DNA of 64,000 bases from an uncultured Verrucomicrobiales bacterium. GTDB taxonomy: Bacteria; Verrucomicrobiota; Verrucomicrobiia; Verrucomicrobiales; DEV007. The number at the start of each line of letters is the position of its first letter. The first letter of the stretch is position 1. The position numbers and the translations under genes are program-made. A model generated the notes under the pieces. The model was given only the letters and a program-made list of their open reading frames with translations. It was not told where the DNA came from and searched no databases. The DNA lies in assembly GCA_938091905.1 (NCBI GenBank), contig CALKOM010000124.1, positions 1 through 64,000 of the forward strand. Direction: 5' to 3'. Positions 38,041 to 48,391 of this stretch are shown here, piece by piece.

Positions 38041-39502
38041 GGCGAGTTGATTGCTTGAATCCGGTAGAAGCGTCGCCTCGTTGAGGTGGTGTCCGTGGCT
38101 AACCAAACATTCCCGTCATTGGCTTCCAGGGTGATGGCGGGGTCTTCGCGCCAGGGAGCTTGAAGGTCTTGGGTCCAATGAACCGAATAAATGGTGTCCG
38201 GCTGGCCTTGCCAGTGAAGCAGCGCGGTGGTGGTGTTTCGTTCAATGCGGAGGCGAGAAACAGTGGGGGAGCTAATGGTGTTAGTGTGAGGTCCAGGTAG
38301 ACAAGGCGGTGATCGGAGGCGCCCCGGACGCTGGCGCTCAGGGGATCACTGCGCTTAGGCCAGAACACTTTGGCGTCTCGGACGGTGAGTCCTGCAATTG
38401 ATGGCAAGACATAGTCGGCTCTGAGATTCTCACGACTGAAGTCGGCGGTGTCTTCGGCTGGGTTGTCTCGATGTTGGCGATCGGCGGCCTCTGTGCCACC
38501 TGGGCCGGTTGGTGTGGGTGTGGCTTGAACACGTGGGTGGTCTAGCAATTGGGCAATGGCTCCATCAGAGCTATCCCCGTCGGACGGATCAGCATTGAGA
38601 TCGCCCATGATTACAAATCGTACGTTCTCTGCTAGTCCTCCAGCGAGCCCCGAGTCATCAGAGATGTAGGTGCCGAAATCGGGCATGAGATAGTCCTTCC
38701 ACAAACGGATCTCATCATGGTTGCGGCGACCGTTGCGATCCTCTGCACCATCAAACACAGGCGGCGTGGGGTGAGAAACAAGCAGGTGAAGCAACTCACC
38801 GTTGACCTCGATAGGGAGATCCCAGTGGCTCTTTGAGGACAGTCGGAAGACCGCAGACTTTTCTTCGTTGTAATAGGCGGGACGACCTCCCACGCCATTG
38901 GGCAGAAGACTGTTCGGCATGTCTTTCCAGAGAAACATTTGAAAGTTTCGCAACAGGGCGTCTTTGATAGGGAACTGCGAGTAGACGACCATGCCGTACT
39001 GCCCAGGAAAGGTTCCGAATCCGAAGGCATCACCTGCATAGGAGTTGTTTCCTGGATTCGTCACGGCGCTGCCGCTGTTGTCGAAGTCCTGACCGGACGA
39101 TACCCCAGTATTCGAGGGCGCCGCGAAGCGATGTTTGTAGATGATAGAGTCTTGATCGCCCTGGCCAACCGAGAGGAAGTTCTCTTGAAAGAGCTTCATG
39201 CCCTCACCTTCCTCATCGTGATCGAACTCGTTCAGCAGAAGGATGTCAGGGCGAACCTTCTGAATGATTTCAGCGACGCGCTTGATCTGGCGAGCACCGG
39301 AGGTTTCAGGTTGAGAAAGATCGCGCAGAAGATGACCAGCGGACCCCCGATTCAGAGATGCATTGAAGGTCGCAACCCGAATGTCTTGGCTGCTAGCGGT
39401 GCCTAACCACAGGCACAGACCTAACCACAGGCACAGACCCATCCACAGACCGATGCCCGTAGTTAGGCATCGTGATCGATGACGTAGAGGATGCGGTTGC
39501 AT
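38037..39502 (-). CDS. Secreted endonuclease/exonuclease/phosphatase (EEP) family protein with a 1-nt frameshift near 38267
   Basis: ATFNASL, PDILLLNEFD, SHPTPPVFDG, MGDLNAD and SDHRLV motifs. The C-terminal domain continues in another frame to TGA at 38037-38039. Confidence 0.8.
39402..39437. repeat. Perfect 18-nt tandem duplication in the EEP signal peptide
   Basis: CCTAACCACAGGCACAGA x2, encoding LCLWLG x2, next to a degenerate third unit. Confidence 0.9.
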
Positions 39503-40179
39503 TGCTCACAGTGGGTAATTTCCTGCTCAGCACGAGCGTGGTGAAAGGTCTGTGTGGTCACCTGCATGTGGCAGCCGCCGCACATCTGGTTTTGATCATC
39601 GACTCGCACAATGACAGTACCCTTCTTAACGGCGAGGCGGTCGTAGAGGTCGAGCGTGTCGGGATCGACTTTGGAGGCGAGTTCTTTCCGTTCGGCGATC
39701 ATCTTATCCAGAGCGTCCTGAGAAACCTGCTGACGTTGTTTCAAGTCTTCTAACTCTTCGTCGACTAACTTCTGAGTGGCGGCGAGTTGAGCCGTTGCGT
39801 CATCATGCGCCTTCTTAAGCGTCTCTGCCTTCTCCATGAGCTCTAACTGACGATCTTCGATCTCGGTGATCTGTTTCTCGTACCGTTCGATTTCATGGCC
39901 AAGAGCACTGAACTCTTCATTCTTGCGTGTTTCAAACTGCTGCGTTTTCAAGCGCAGGCGTGTTTGTTGGCAGGTCTCGACTTCGAGTTCGAGGGCTTTG
40001 ATCGCCACCTCATTCTCTTGGGCGGCCGTCTTGGCATCACTCACGGCCGTGTTATCTCCGGAAAGGCGGGTCTTCGCTTTGTCCTCGTCTAGAGGAATTC
40101 GATCCATTTCTTTGCGGGCATCGCGGATCTTCTCGTCGCGGTCCTGGATGACCAGGAGTTTCTCTAGTTCGGGTAGCAT
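39463..40179 (-). CDS. Coiled-coil C4-type zinc ribbon protein (CT398/HP0958-like)
   Basis: LLVIQDRD start, long coiled coil, then CGGCHM...CEQCNRILY. Confidence 0.88.
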   Translation of the reverse strand: MLPELEKLLVIQDRDEKIRDARKEMDRIPLDEDKAKTRLSGDNTAVSDAKTAAQENEVAIKALELEVETCQQTRLRLKTQQFETRKNEEFSALGHEIERYEKQITEIEDRQLELMEKAETLKKAHDDATAQLAATQKLVDEELEDLKQRQQVSQDALDKMIAERKELASKVDPDTLDLYDRLAVKKGTVIVRVDDQNQMCGGCHMQVTTQTFHHARAEQEITHCEQCNRILYVIDHDA

Positions 40180-40306
40180 AGGCGTCTTCTGACTAAGTCC
40201 AGGATTCCCGCAAGCGCTTCCCGAATCAAGAACGATCCTCATTCTGGATGAGAAGATCGAAGAGATTGACCCGTTGCTTTGTCGCCGTCATGTTGTGATT
40301 CCGACA

Positions 40307-41071
40307 ATGGGCTCACCTCATCTTCTTCTCGTCATTCCCTGTTATCGGGAGAGTCGACGCTTGCCCCCATTTCTCAATGAGCTTTGCCCGAGCTTGGAGA
40401 AGCTGCCCTTTAAAGTTTCTATCCTCGTTGCCGATGACGGTTCAGGTCCCGAAGAATTGGCGAAATTGACTGCGATTGTGGAGGAAGAACGGGAGACATA
40501 CGGAGCGCTGCTCCAGCCAGTTTTAGAGCTGAGTCATGAAGGCAAGGGCGGCACGATTCTTCGGGCGTGGATAGCTGGGCCTCCTTCCACAACCCACTAT
40601 GCCTTTGCCGATGCAGACGGTGCTGTCTCCCCGGAGGAGATCCGCCGTGTGCTTCTGGACTTTATCACGACCCCGAATCTCGATCCTGACGCTTGTGCGT
40701 TTGCGATTCGTAAGACCACGTCGACCACTGCGATCAAGCGCGACCCGATTCGCCGACTGATGGGCCTCGTTTACTATCGGCTAGTGCGGTTCATTCTTGA
40801 TTCCCAAGTATATGATCCGGCTTGCGGCTTTAAGATACTTTCAAGACGCTTCTGGGAAAAGTGTGGTCCGCAGTTGACGGAGAAAGAATGGGCTTTGGAT
40901 ATTGAGATTGTTGCTAGACTGGATTATTATGGCTTTCCTCTCGTTCAAATTCCGGTGAACTGGGAAGAGAAAGTTGGTAGCAAGATTGGTCGGGCCGACA
41001 TTTGGCGCACGCTCAAACAGGTGGTCGAGATTAAGCAGCGGTCGAATTTCTGGCACGTGCAGGACACATGA
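40307..41071 (+). CDS. Glycosyltransferase family 2 (polyprenol-phosphate glycosyltransferase-like)
   Basis: VIPCYRE, DDGS, GKGG, DADG, DPACGFK and WALDIE motifs. Confidence 0.88.
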   Translation: MGSPHLLLVIPCYRESRRLPPFLNELCPSLEKLPFKVSILVADDGSGPEELAKLTAIVEEERETYGALLQPVLELSHEGKGGTILRAWIAGPPSTTHYAFADADGAVSPEEIRRVLLDFITTPNLDPDACAFAIRKTTSTTAIKRDPIRRLMGLVYYRLVRFILDSQVYDPACGFKILSRRFWEKCGPQLTEKEWALDIEIVARLDYYGFPLVQIPVNWEEKVGSKIGRADIWRTLKQVVEIKQRSNFWHVQDT

Positions 41072-43875
41072 GCGCAGACGTCATCAAGATTACCGGCGCG
41101 CGTCAGCACAATCTGCAGGACATTTCACTCGAGATTCCTCGCAACCAGCTCGTTGTCATCACGGGCGTGAGTGGTTCTGGAAAGTCCTCGCTGGCGTTTC
41201 ATACGTTGTATGCGGAGGGGCAGCGGCGTTACGTGGAGAGCCTTTCGGCTTATGCTAGGCAATTTTTAGAAAAGTTGGAGAAGCCTGATGTTGATTTTAT
41301 CGAGGGGCTGTCGCCAGCGATCGCGATTGAGCAACGCACGGCCTCAGCGACGCCGCGATCGACAATCGCGACCGTGACCGAGATCTACGATTATCTAAGG
41401 ATTCTCTACGCGGCCTTGGGTCAGCCGCACGACCCTGAGACCGGTGAGGCGATTCATCAGAAATCAGTACAGAGTCTGGTTGAAGAGCTGTTAGAATTGC
41501 CGTCTGGAACCCGCCTCATGGTGCTTGCTCCCGTTGATCTTGATGACGTGACGAAGCTGAGTGAGGTGACAAACCGGCTCCGGAGAGAGGGCTTTGTTCG
41601 TGTGCGCCTCAATGGCGAAATTCATGATTTGGAGGGTGAATTTACCAAGCGCCAGTTTCCCGAGATACCCGAAACCGTCGAGGCTGTCGTGGATCGTCTT
41701 GTTTTACGTGAGGATAGTGCCAGTCGTCTTACGGATTCCATTGAAACGGCACTAAAATGGAGTCGCCCACGCATCTCATTCCTCGTTGGAACAGGGGCGG
41801 AATCGTGGGACTTGCGTGAGGAAACAACTGCCTTTGCGAACCCCGAGACAGGGTTCACCTTGGAGACGCTGACACCACGGCATTTCTCTTTTAATAGCCA
41901 TCTTGGAGCTTGCGAAACCTGTCAGGGGCTCGGGACATTGGCGGTGGTGGATCCAGATCTCATCATCACGAAGCCAGAGAAGGGGGTGCTTGATGGTGCG
42001 TTCAAGAGCTGGTGGGTGGGCCAGAAGAAAGTCCGGGAACTTCACGATAAGCGAATTCAGGAATTGGCAAAGGTGATGAAGGTGGACCTGTCCAAGGCCT
42101 ATGAGGACCTTGACGAGGGGTTTCAGACGGTCTTGTTAGAGGGATCGAGTGTGCCTGAATTTGAAGGATTGGCTCCCGAGGCAGCTCGTTTGTTAGAGGA
42201 AACGGAGAGCCAGCGGATGCGGCAGGCCCTGACTGCGTTCACCAGTGATCACACTTGCCCCGAGTGCAAAGGTCAGCGTTTGAGACCCGAGATCTTGGGA
42301 GTGATGCTAGCAGACGCAGGCGGACGGAAGCATAACATTTCTGCCTTCACCAAACTTTCGATTCAAGAGGCACTTGCGTGGGTGGAGCAACTTCAGGTCA
42401 CGACCCAACAGGCGAAGTTTATTGGAGAAGTGCGGGCTGAGATCACCAAGCGTCTCCATTTCCTTAATCAGGTGGGGCTTGGCTATCTCACCTTGGACCG
42501 TGAAAGTCGGACACTATCGGGGGGCGAGTCGCAGCGGATTCGTTTGGCCACACAGATCGGTGCTGGTCTCACTGGAGTTCTTTATGTGCTCGATGAACCA
42601 AGCATTGGGCTTCACCAACGTGACAACGCGCGTTTGTTAGAGACTCTCCAGGAGCTGAAGGGCTTGGGAAACAGTGTGATCGTTGTTGAACACGATGAGG
42701 AAACGATTGAAGAAGCGGATCACGTGATCGATATCGGTCCTGCTGCAGGGCCGTTGGGAGGGAAGATTATCGCTCAAGGGACGGTCGACGAGATCAAGAA
42801 AGACGAGAATTCCATCACGGGGAAATTCCTCACTGGGCGCTACACGATCAAGCTTCCCAAGGAGAGGCGTTCACCGCGTGGTTGGGTGACGGTGTATGGG
42901 GGTGCCGAGCACAACTTGAAGGAGGTGGAAGCGCAGTTTCCAATCGGTTGTCTAACCTGTGTGACGGGCGTGTCCGGATCGGGAAAGTCGACCTTGGTCG
43001 ATAAGATTCTGCGAAGGGCGCTCTTTCGGCACTTCTATCATTCCAAGGACAAGCCTGGGAAGCATGAGAACCTGTCAGGGCTCGATCAGATCGATAAAGC
43101 AATCGTCGTAGACCAAGCACCCATTGGGCGCAGCCCGCGATCGAATCCCGCGACCTACGTCGGTGCTTTCAATGCCATTCGGGATGTCTTTGCGGCGCTC
43201 CCGTCCTCCAAGATTCGTGGCTACAGCGCCGGACGCTTCAGTTTCAATCGACCGGGTGGCCGTTGCGAGCATTGTCAGGGGGATGGTCTCATCCGCATTG
43301 ACATGCATTTTCTCAATGACGTCTACGTGACCTGTGAGACCTGCAATGGCCAGCGCTACAATCGCGAAACGTTGGAAGTGACGTTTAAGGGCAAGAACAT
43401 TGCGGAAGTTCTCGATCTGTCCGTGTCTCAGGGAACACGTTTCTTTCGTAATGTGCCGAAGGTGCACGACCGACTAGAGGCGCTGGAGAAAGTGGGCCTG
43501 GGCTATGTGAAGCTGGGCCAGCCGGGAACGAGTCTTTCCGGTGGTGAGGCGCAGCGGGTGAAGCTTGCAGCAGAACTGGCCAAGAAAGCGACCGGGCGAA
43601 CCTTGTATCTGTTAGATGAACCGACGACGGGACTGCACTTTAGCGACGTGGATACACTCTTGCGTGTGCTCTATTCACTTCGAGACGCTGGGAACACGTT
43701 GGTGGTCATTGAGCACAACTTGGACATGATCAAGTGTGCGGATTGGGTGATTGATCTTGGACCAGAAGGTGGCGAAGGCGGCGGTAGCATCCTTGCGGCT
43801 GGACCGCCTGAAGAGATTGCGAATAGCAAGAGTAGCCACACGGGAAATTACTTGAAACGGGTCCTCAACCGTTAG
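41068..43875 (+). CDS. uvrA: Excinuclease ABC subunit A
   Basis: GARQHNL, two Walker A motifs (GVSGSGKS), LSGGESQR and LSGGEAQR signatures, and zinc fingers. Confidence 0.97.
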   Translation: MSADVIKITGARQHNLQDISLEIPRNQLVVITGVSGSGKSSLAFHTLYAEGQRRYVESLSAYARQFLEKLEKPDVDFIEGLSPAIAIEQRTASATPRSTIATVTEIYDYLRILYAALGQPHDPETGEAIHQKSVQSLVEELLELPSGTRLMVLAPVDLDDVTKLSEVTNRLRREGFVRVRLNGEIHDLEGEFTKRQFPEIPETVEAVVDRLVLREDSASRLTDSIETALKWSRPRISFLVGTGAESWDLREETTAFANPETGFTLETLTPRHFSFNSHLGACETCQGLGTLAVVDPDLIITKPEKGVLDGAFKSWWVGQKKVRELHDKRIQELAKVMKVDLSKAYEDLDEGFQTVLLEGSSVPEFEGLAPEAARLLEETESQRMRQALTAFTSDHTCPECKGQRLRPEILGVMLADAGGRKHNISAFTKLSIQEALAWVEQLQVTTQQAKFIGEVRAEITKRLHFLNQVGLGYLTLDRESRTLSGGESQRIRLATQIGAGLTGVLYVLDEPSIGLHQRDNARLLETLQELKGLGNSVIVVEHDEETIEEADHVIDIGPAAGPLGGKIIAQGTVDEIKKDENSITGKFLTGRYTIKLPKERRSPRGWVTVYGGAEHNLKEVEAQFPIGCLTCVTGVSGSGKSTLVDKILRRALFRHFYHSKDKPGKHENLSGLDQIDKAIVVDQAPIGRSPRSNPATYVGAFNAIRDVFAALPSSKIRGYSAGRFSFNRPGGRCEHCQGDGLIRIDMHFLNDVYVTCETCNGQRYNRETLEVTFKGKNIAEVLDLSVSQGTRFFRNVPKVHDRLEALEKVGLGYVKLGQPGTSLSGGEAQRVKLAAELAKKATGRTLYLLDEPTTGLHFSDVDTLLRVLYSLRDAGNTLVVIEHNLDMIKCADWVIDLGPEGGEGGGSILAAGPPEEIANSKSSHTGNYLKRVLNR

Positions 43876-43899
43876 CTGCTGAGCAGGAAGGGGATAGGC

Positions 43900-43970
43900 G
43901 TGCGGCCCGGCAGGTAACCTGGAAGAAAACCCCTTAACTCCCTAGAAATTGGCTTACTGTCGGGCCGCAC
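43900..43970. repeat. 17-bp imperfect inverted repeat with a 36-nt spacer downstream of uvrA
   Basis: GTGCGGCCCGGCAGGTAA ... TTACTGTCGGGCCGCAC. Confidence 0.75.
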
Positions 43971-44350
43971 AGTTCATGAGACTTTGACTCACTATCTCTC
44001 TCCTACCAAGCATTGTGCGTGCCAAGATTGAAACGTTCGGCGTATCCGTCTCGACTTAGAGCCTGTAGGTGAGTGAAGAACCGTCTGCCTGCTCGATCGT
44101 GAGCCCGCGATGGCCAGGTTTCCCGAATTTCCTGTCGAAATATCTTCAGTGATGGTGCGATCTAACCAGTTGGTGAGATCATCGGTGAGGTGGATTCCTC
44201 CAAGGTCGATGACTAAAATACTGCGGGGTGATACTTCAATGATGATCGTTCTGAGGTAGAAAAGTCATTCTATTGTAATGGAGCGAATAAAATGCTATTA
44301 AATTAGCATTTAAGATTGCCTTGTGCTCCTAGCTTGGAGTAGATCTTGGG

Positions 44351-44947
44351 ATGTCTTGGTTCCTGCGCCTGGTCTTCACGTGGTTGGTGCTGCTTTCGCG
44401 GGTGTCGTGTAGCATCACCGGAAATCCTGCTGAGCCTGACTCGGGCTCCATGGTCTTGCCCGATTCCCCGTAGTGGGTGTTAGACGAAGCCGCCTTTGAA
44501 GGGTTTGAGCCCGGAAGCGGCTCGATTCAGATTTCGTTGGCGAGTCAGCGTCTGGCTCTGGTTAATCCTTGGGGAGAGCGGGTTTTGGAGACGGACTACC
44601 CGACTGGAAAGTCAGGCAAGGACTCGCCAGCTGGCACCTTCCGTGTGCTCGAGAAACGTGAAGACAAAAGTTCCAACAAATATGGAGGCTATGTCAGTGC
44701 GGCTACAGGGGAAGTTGTGACTCCTCGAAGCTGGTTGGTAAAGAAGCCGGCTGGGAGCCGATTCGTTGGCACGCCGATACCCTGCAGGCTGCGCCTGACC
44801 TGGGCGGGCGTTGGGATTCATGTGGGCAACTTTGAACGTGGAACCCGAACCAGCATGGAGTGTATTCGAGTTCCGGCAGAGGTCCAGCGGCGGTTGTTTG
44901 AGAAGGTTACCCTGGGGATGCGGGGCCGAATATATGGAGCTGATTGA
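44351..44947 (+). pseudogene. L,D-transpeptidase (YkuD-like) lipoprotein, probably inactivated
   Basis: ATG 44351 with a lipoprotein-like leader, in-frame TAG at 44471, then TGKSGKDSPAGTF and GIHVG. The usual SHGCIR motif reads SMECIR. Confidence 0.7.
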
Positions 44948-45077
44948 GGACTCGATCCTGCCTGGCGAACCATTTAAAAAAGTGCTTGGCAAACGGGGTC
45001 GGCTGCACAACTTTGGTTGCTCCCTGGGCGATGGCATTTCTTGCGCAACCTTGGGAAACGCACCTCAGACACATTTC

Positions 45078-45392
45078 ATGGCCGTAGCAATTAGACTCAG
45101 AAGAGAAGGAAACCGCAATCGTCCTTTCTACCGCATTGTCGTGGCAGATAGCCGCTCACGCCGCGATGGCCGATTCATCGAAATGATCGGTACGTACGAT
45201 CCTCAGTCAAAAGATGCTGTGAACTACAAGCTCGATGTTGGCAAAGCAGATGAGTGGATTTCTAAAGGTGCGCAGGCATCTGACACCGTCCGCAGCCTGA
45301 TCAAGAAGGCTCGCAAAGCTGGCCCTGTCGTTAAAGAAGCTCCAGCGGCTGAAGAAGCGCCAGCAGCGGTAGATGCTGGTAACGAAGGCTAA
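45078..45392 (+). CDS. rpsP: 30S ribosomal protein S16
   Basis: [11 protein letters not shown]...[20 protein letters not shown]. Confidence 0.97.
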   Translation: MAVAIRLRREGNRNRPFYRIVVADSRSRRDGRFIEMIGTYDPQSKDAVNYKLDVGKADEWISKGAQASDTVRSLIKKARKAGPVVKEAPAAEEAPAAVDAGNEG

Positions 45393-45414
45393 GGCTTTCT
45401 CATTGATTGGAATC

Positions 45415-45714
45415 ATGGATTCGTCGATGGCCCTTCGCGAGTTCCTAGAATACATCATGGGGCAACTCATTGCGCAGCCTGAAGAAGGGGCGATCGCCCA
45501 TGAACTGTCTGAGGACGGAACGCATCACAAGTTTCTCGTTACACTTACCAAGGACGATGTAGGCAAGATCGTTGGCAAGAATGGCCACACCGTGTCTGCG
45601 ATTCGAAATCTCCTAATGGCCGCCGCTGAGCGAGATGGTCAATCAGTGTCTCTTCGAGTTGTGGCGCCGCATGACTTTCAGAGTGAGGATCCTGCGGAAA
45701 ATGAAGACGCCTAG
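45415..45714 (+). CDS. khpA: KH-domain RNA-binding protein
   Basis: DVGKIVGKNGHTVSAIR motif and the usual position after rpsP. Confidence 0.85.
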   Translation: MDSSMALREFLEYIMGQLIAQPEEGAIAHELSEDGTHHKFLVTLTKDDVGKIVGKNGHTVSAIRNLLMAAAERDGQSVSLRVVAPHDFQSEDPAENEDA

Positions 45715-45744
45715 CTTGCAGAAGCGGCGCGTGTTTCTAAGTTG

Positions 45745-46791
45745 ATGACGATCCTCGTCCTTCAGGCGATTGCCGGATTCGTTCTCTTATACTTTGGTGC
45801 AGAATGGCTGGTGAACGGCAGTTCGAAGCTGGCCCTCAAGCTCGGAATTGCCCCCCTCATCATTGGCCTTACCGTGGTGGCCTTTGGCACGAGCAGCCCC
45901 GAGTTGTTTGTTTGTCTCGATGCTAATCTCTCAAAAGAGGATCCAAATGAGGGAGGTGGCATTGTGCTCGCTACCATTGTGGGCTCGAATGTCTTTAACA
46001 TTGCGCTTATTCTTGCCATTGGAGCACTGATCCGACCGATCCAGGTGTCGAGGCAGATTGTAGTTCGTGAAATGCCCATTCTTCTTGTCGCCACCGGTCT
46101 ATTGCTCTGGTTTTTGCGGGATCAGCAACTGTCCCGGGTAGAAGGCGGCATTCTCTTTGGAGGATTGATAGCCTTTCTCGTTCTGTCCGGGATTACGTCG
46201 ATCAAGCAAATGAAGGAGAAGCGTGGTGGGACACCAGAGATTCTCGAAGACCTAAATCCTGAGGCTGCCAAAGAGATGCCTGTGTGGAAGGCGCTCGTGT
46301 TTATTGTCTTCGGCCTTCTCTTTCTCGCCTATGGATCGGACCTCTTAGTCGATAGTGCTACTGAGATTGCCAAGGCTTTTCACGTATCCGCGGCCATCAT
46401 CAGCTTCACTCTCATTGCTTTCGGATCGAGCGTTCCAGAACTTGCCACTGTTGTGGTTGCTTCTCTTCGTAAGGAAGGGGACATCATTACGGGTAATGTT
46501 ATAGGATCGAACATTTTTAACACTTTGGCAGTTCTAGGCATCGTGGCGCTGGTCAAACCGGTCGTTTATGGTCCGGCGCAACTCACCACGATAGAACCTT
46601 ATTACATGGCTGGTCTGACCTTGCTGCTCTTTCCATTCTTGTTGACGCGGAAGACCATCGCGCGATGGGAAGGCCTTGTTCTCCTCTTGGCATGTGTGGG
46701 CTTTGCCTGTATTATCTTTCAGAAGATGCAGGTGCAGCGCGCCGGAGGGCCCCCTGCCGCTGCCCAAGTGGTTCCTATTTCGATTCTCTAA
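45745..46791 (+). CDS. Calcium/sodium antiporter (CaCA, YrbG-like)
   Basis: Two alpha repeats: GTSSPEL...GSNVFN and GSSVPEL...GSNIFN. Confidence 0.9.
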   Translation: MTILVLQAIAGFVLLYFGAEWLVNGSSKLALKLGIAPLIIGLTVVAFGTSSPELFVCLDANLSKEDPNEGGGIVLATIVGSNVFNIALILAIGALIRPIQVSRQIVVREMPILLVATGLLLWFLRDQQLSRVEGGILFGGLIAFLVLSGITSIKQMKEKRGGTPEILEDLNPEAAKEMPVWKALVFIVFGLLFLAYGSDLLVDSATEIAKAFHVSAAIISFTLIAFGSSVPELATVVVASLRKEGDIITGNVIGSNIFNTLAVLGIVALVKPVVYGPAQLTTIEPYYMAGLTLLLFPFLLTRKTIARWEGLVLLLACVGFACIIFQKMQVQRAGGPPAAAQVVPISIL

Positions 46792-46800
46792 CTCAACACG

Positions 46801-47826
46801 ATGGCATACGACAACAAACGACGGTACATCGTCACAGGCGGAGCTGGCATGATTGGCAGCGCGCTCGTTTGGGCACTCAATAACCGTGGGATCGATAATA
46901 TCCTTATCGTGGACCGGTTGGGCGATGACGAGAAATGGAAGAATCTCGTTCCTCTGCAGTATGCTGACTACATGGATGCCGATGAGTTTCTCGACGCCAC
47001 CAAGGTGGCCGGGGATACTCTCGGTCAAGTGGGCGCGATCTTTCACATGGGTGCCTGTTCATCTACGACCGAGACGGATTGCAATTATCTGATGCGAAAT
47101 AACTTTGCTTACACGCGTGATCTTGCGCAGTGGGCGAGTTCCCGGCGCTACCGATTCGTTTATGCCTCGTCCGCAGCCACCTATGGTGATGGGAGTGACG
47201 GCATGAACGATGGTTCGGAGAATCTGTACGCTTATCGTCCTCTAAACATGTATGGCTACTCGAAGCATCTATTCGATTGCCACGCTATTCAGAAAGGGAT
47301 CAGTCGCGGTATCCTAGGTATGAAGTTCTTCAATGTGTTTGGTCCTAATGAGCAACACAAAGGCGACATGCGCAGTGTGGTGAACAAGGGGTTTCACCAG
47401 ATCATGGAGACCGGGCGGTTGCAGCTATTCAAGAGTTATCATCCGGACTATCCGCATGGAGGACAGAAGCGGGACTTCCTTTATGTGAAGGACGCCGTGG
47501 AGATGATGTTGCACCTAGCGGAGATGCCACTTGCCGGTGGTCTCTTCAATATTGGCTCTGGGCAGGCAGCGACTTGGCTCGAACTTGGGCAAGCCATCTT
47601 TACGGCGCTTGGTCGCCCCAGTCAGATTGACTTTGTCGACATGCCAGATCATCTCCGAGGAAAGTATCAGTACTTTACTCAGGCAGACATGAGCCGTTTC
47701 CAAGCAACAAATTATCCGGAAACTCTCACACCACTACAAGATTCTGTTCGAGATTACGTCCAGAATTACCTCATGGAGAGCAAGCACCTCGGCGATGAAC
47801 CGTGGGAAGACGACGGTGTCGCGTAA
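46801..47826 (+). CDS. hldD: ADP-L-glycero-D-manno-heptose 6-epimerase
   Basis: TGGAGMIGS, HMGACSSTTE, YASSAATYG, YGYSK, HKGDMRS and YQYFTQADM motifs. Confidence 0.93.
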   Translation: MAYDNKRRYIVTGGAGMIGSALVWALNNRGIDNILIVDRLGDDEKWKNLVPLQYADYMDADEFLDATKVAGDTLGQVGAIFHMGACSSTTETDCNYLMRNNFAYTRDLAQWASSRRYRFVYASSAATYGDGSDGMNDGSENLYAYRPLNMYGYSKHLFDCHAIQKGISRGILGMKFFNVFGPNEQHKGDMRSVVNKGFHQIMETGRLQLFKSYHPDYPHGGQKRDFLYVKDAVEMMLHLAEMPLAGGLFNIGSGQAATWLELGQAIFTALGRPSQIDFVDMPDHLRGKYQYFTQADMSRFQATNYPETLTPLQDSVRDYVQNYLMESKHLGDEPWEDDGVA

Positions 47827-47939
47827 GCTTAGTTTTGTGTCGTGTCTGCTGGGCGCGTGGCTTCTTCGAGGGCCTGGATCGTTCGCACGAGTGATCGAAC
47901 ATTGAGCGTAACGTATTGTAATGTGTCCAAAGGACTGCT

Positions 47940-48330
47940 ATGAGTTTCCTCGTCGTTCTGTTCTTCGCCATCGTCACCGCCGCCCTGATTGATTTCACCG
48001 TCGCATAGTCTGATGATCAACAACAAGATGAACGGCGCAAGATAGAGGGGTATCTCGCTGTTCAGAAGAATGCTGAAGAGGCGCTTGGCCGCGTTAAAAG
48101 CTGTCCAGGAGGCCTGAGCAACAACCGATGAGACGTTTGCTCATTTGGTGATGCTTAAAGCGATCATCGAGGATTATCAGTCTGAAGCGGGAAAGTAAAA
48201 GCGATTGGTTATGGAACGCAAGAAGCTCTATAGAGTTGTCGATCTTGCTCAGCTTTCCGAGAAAGAGCGTAAGAAGATCATCGTGGTGGCCAAGTAACGC
48301 GATAGGCGGAAGAGCGGCCTTGGTTCGTGA
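47940..48330 (+). pseudogene. Decayed gene for a small secreted helical protein
   Basis: MSFLVVLFFAIVTAALIDFTVA, TAG at 48006, charged helical sequence, a frameshift near 48097, then further TGA and TAA stops. Confidence 0.5.
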
Positions 48331-48391
48331 TCCACTTTAGGAGAGTAGCTGCTCTACAATTTCAGGAAATTGGCTGACCGTTAAGCGCTTG

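Noticed and set aside
43971..44350. Possible gene remnant or small RNA
   Set aside because: The ORF track has nothing here and I recognised no motif, so I cannot support a call without a homology search.
44811..45077. N-terminal extension of S16 (193-aa ORF)
   Set aside because: The canonical S16 start MAVAIRL is at 45078, and the extension overlaps the transpeptidase pseudogene.
21810..48330. Stop-codon reassignment or TAG readthrough, suggested by several in-frame TAGs
   Set aside because: The same broken genes also contain TGA/TAA stops and frameshifts, and many intact genes (rlmD-like, vccC, uvrA, tsf) end in TAG. Pseudogenisation explains it better.
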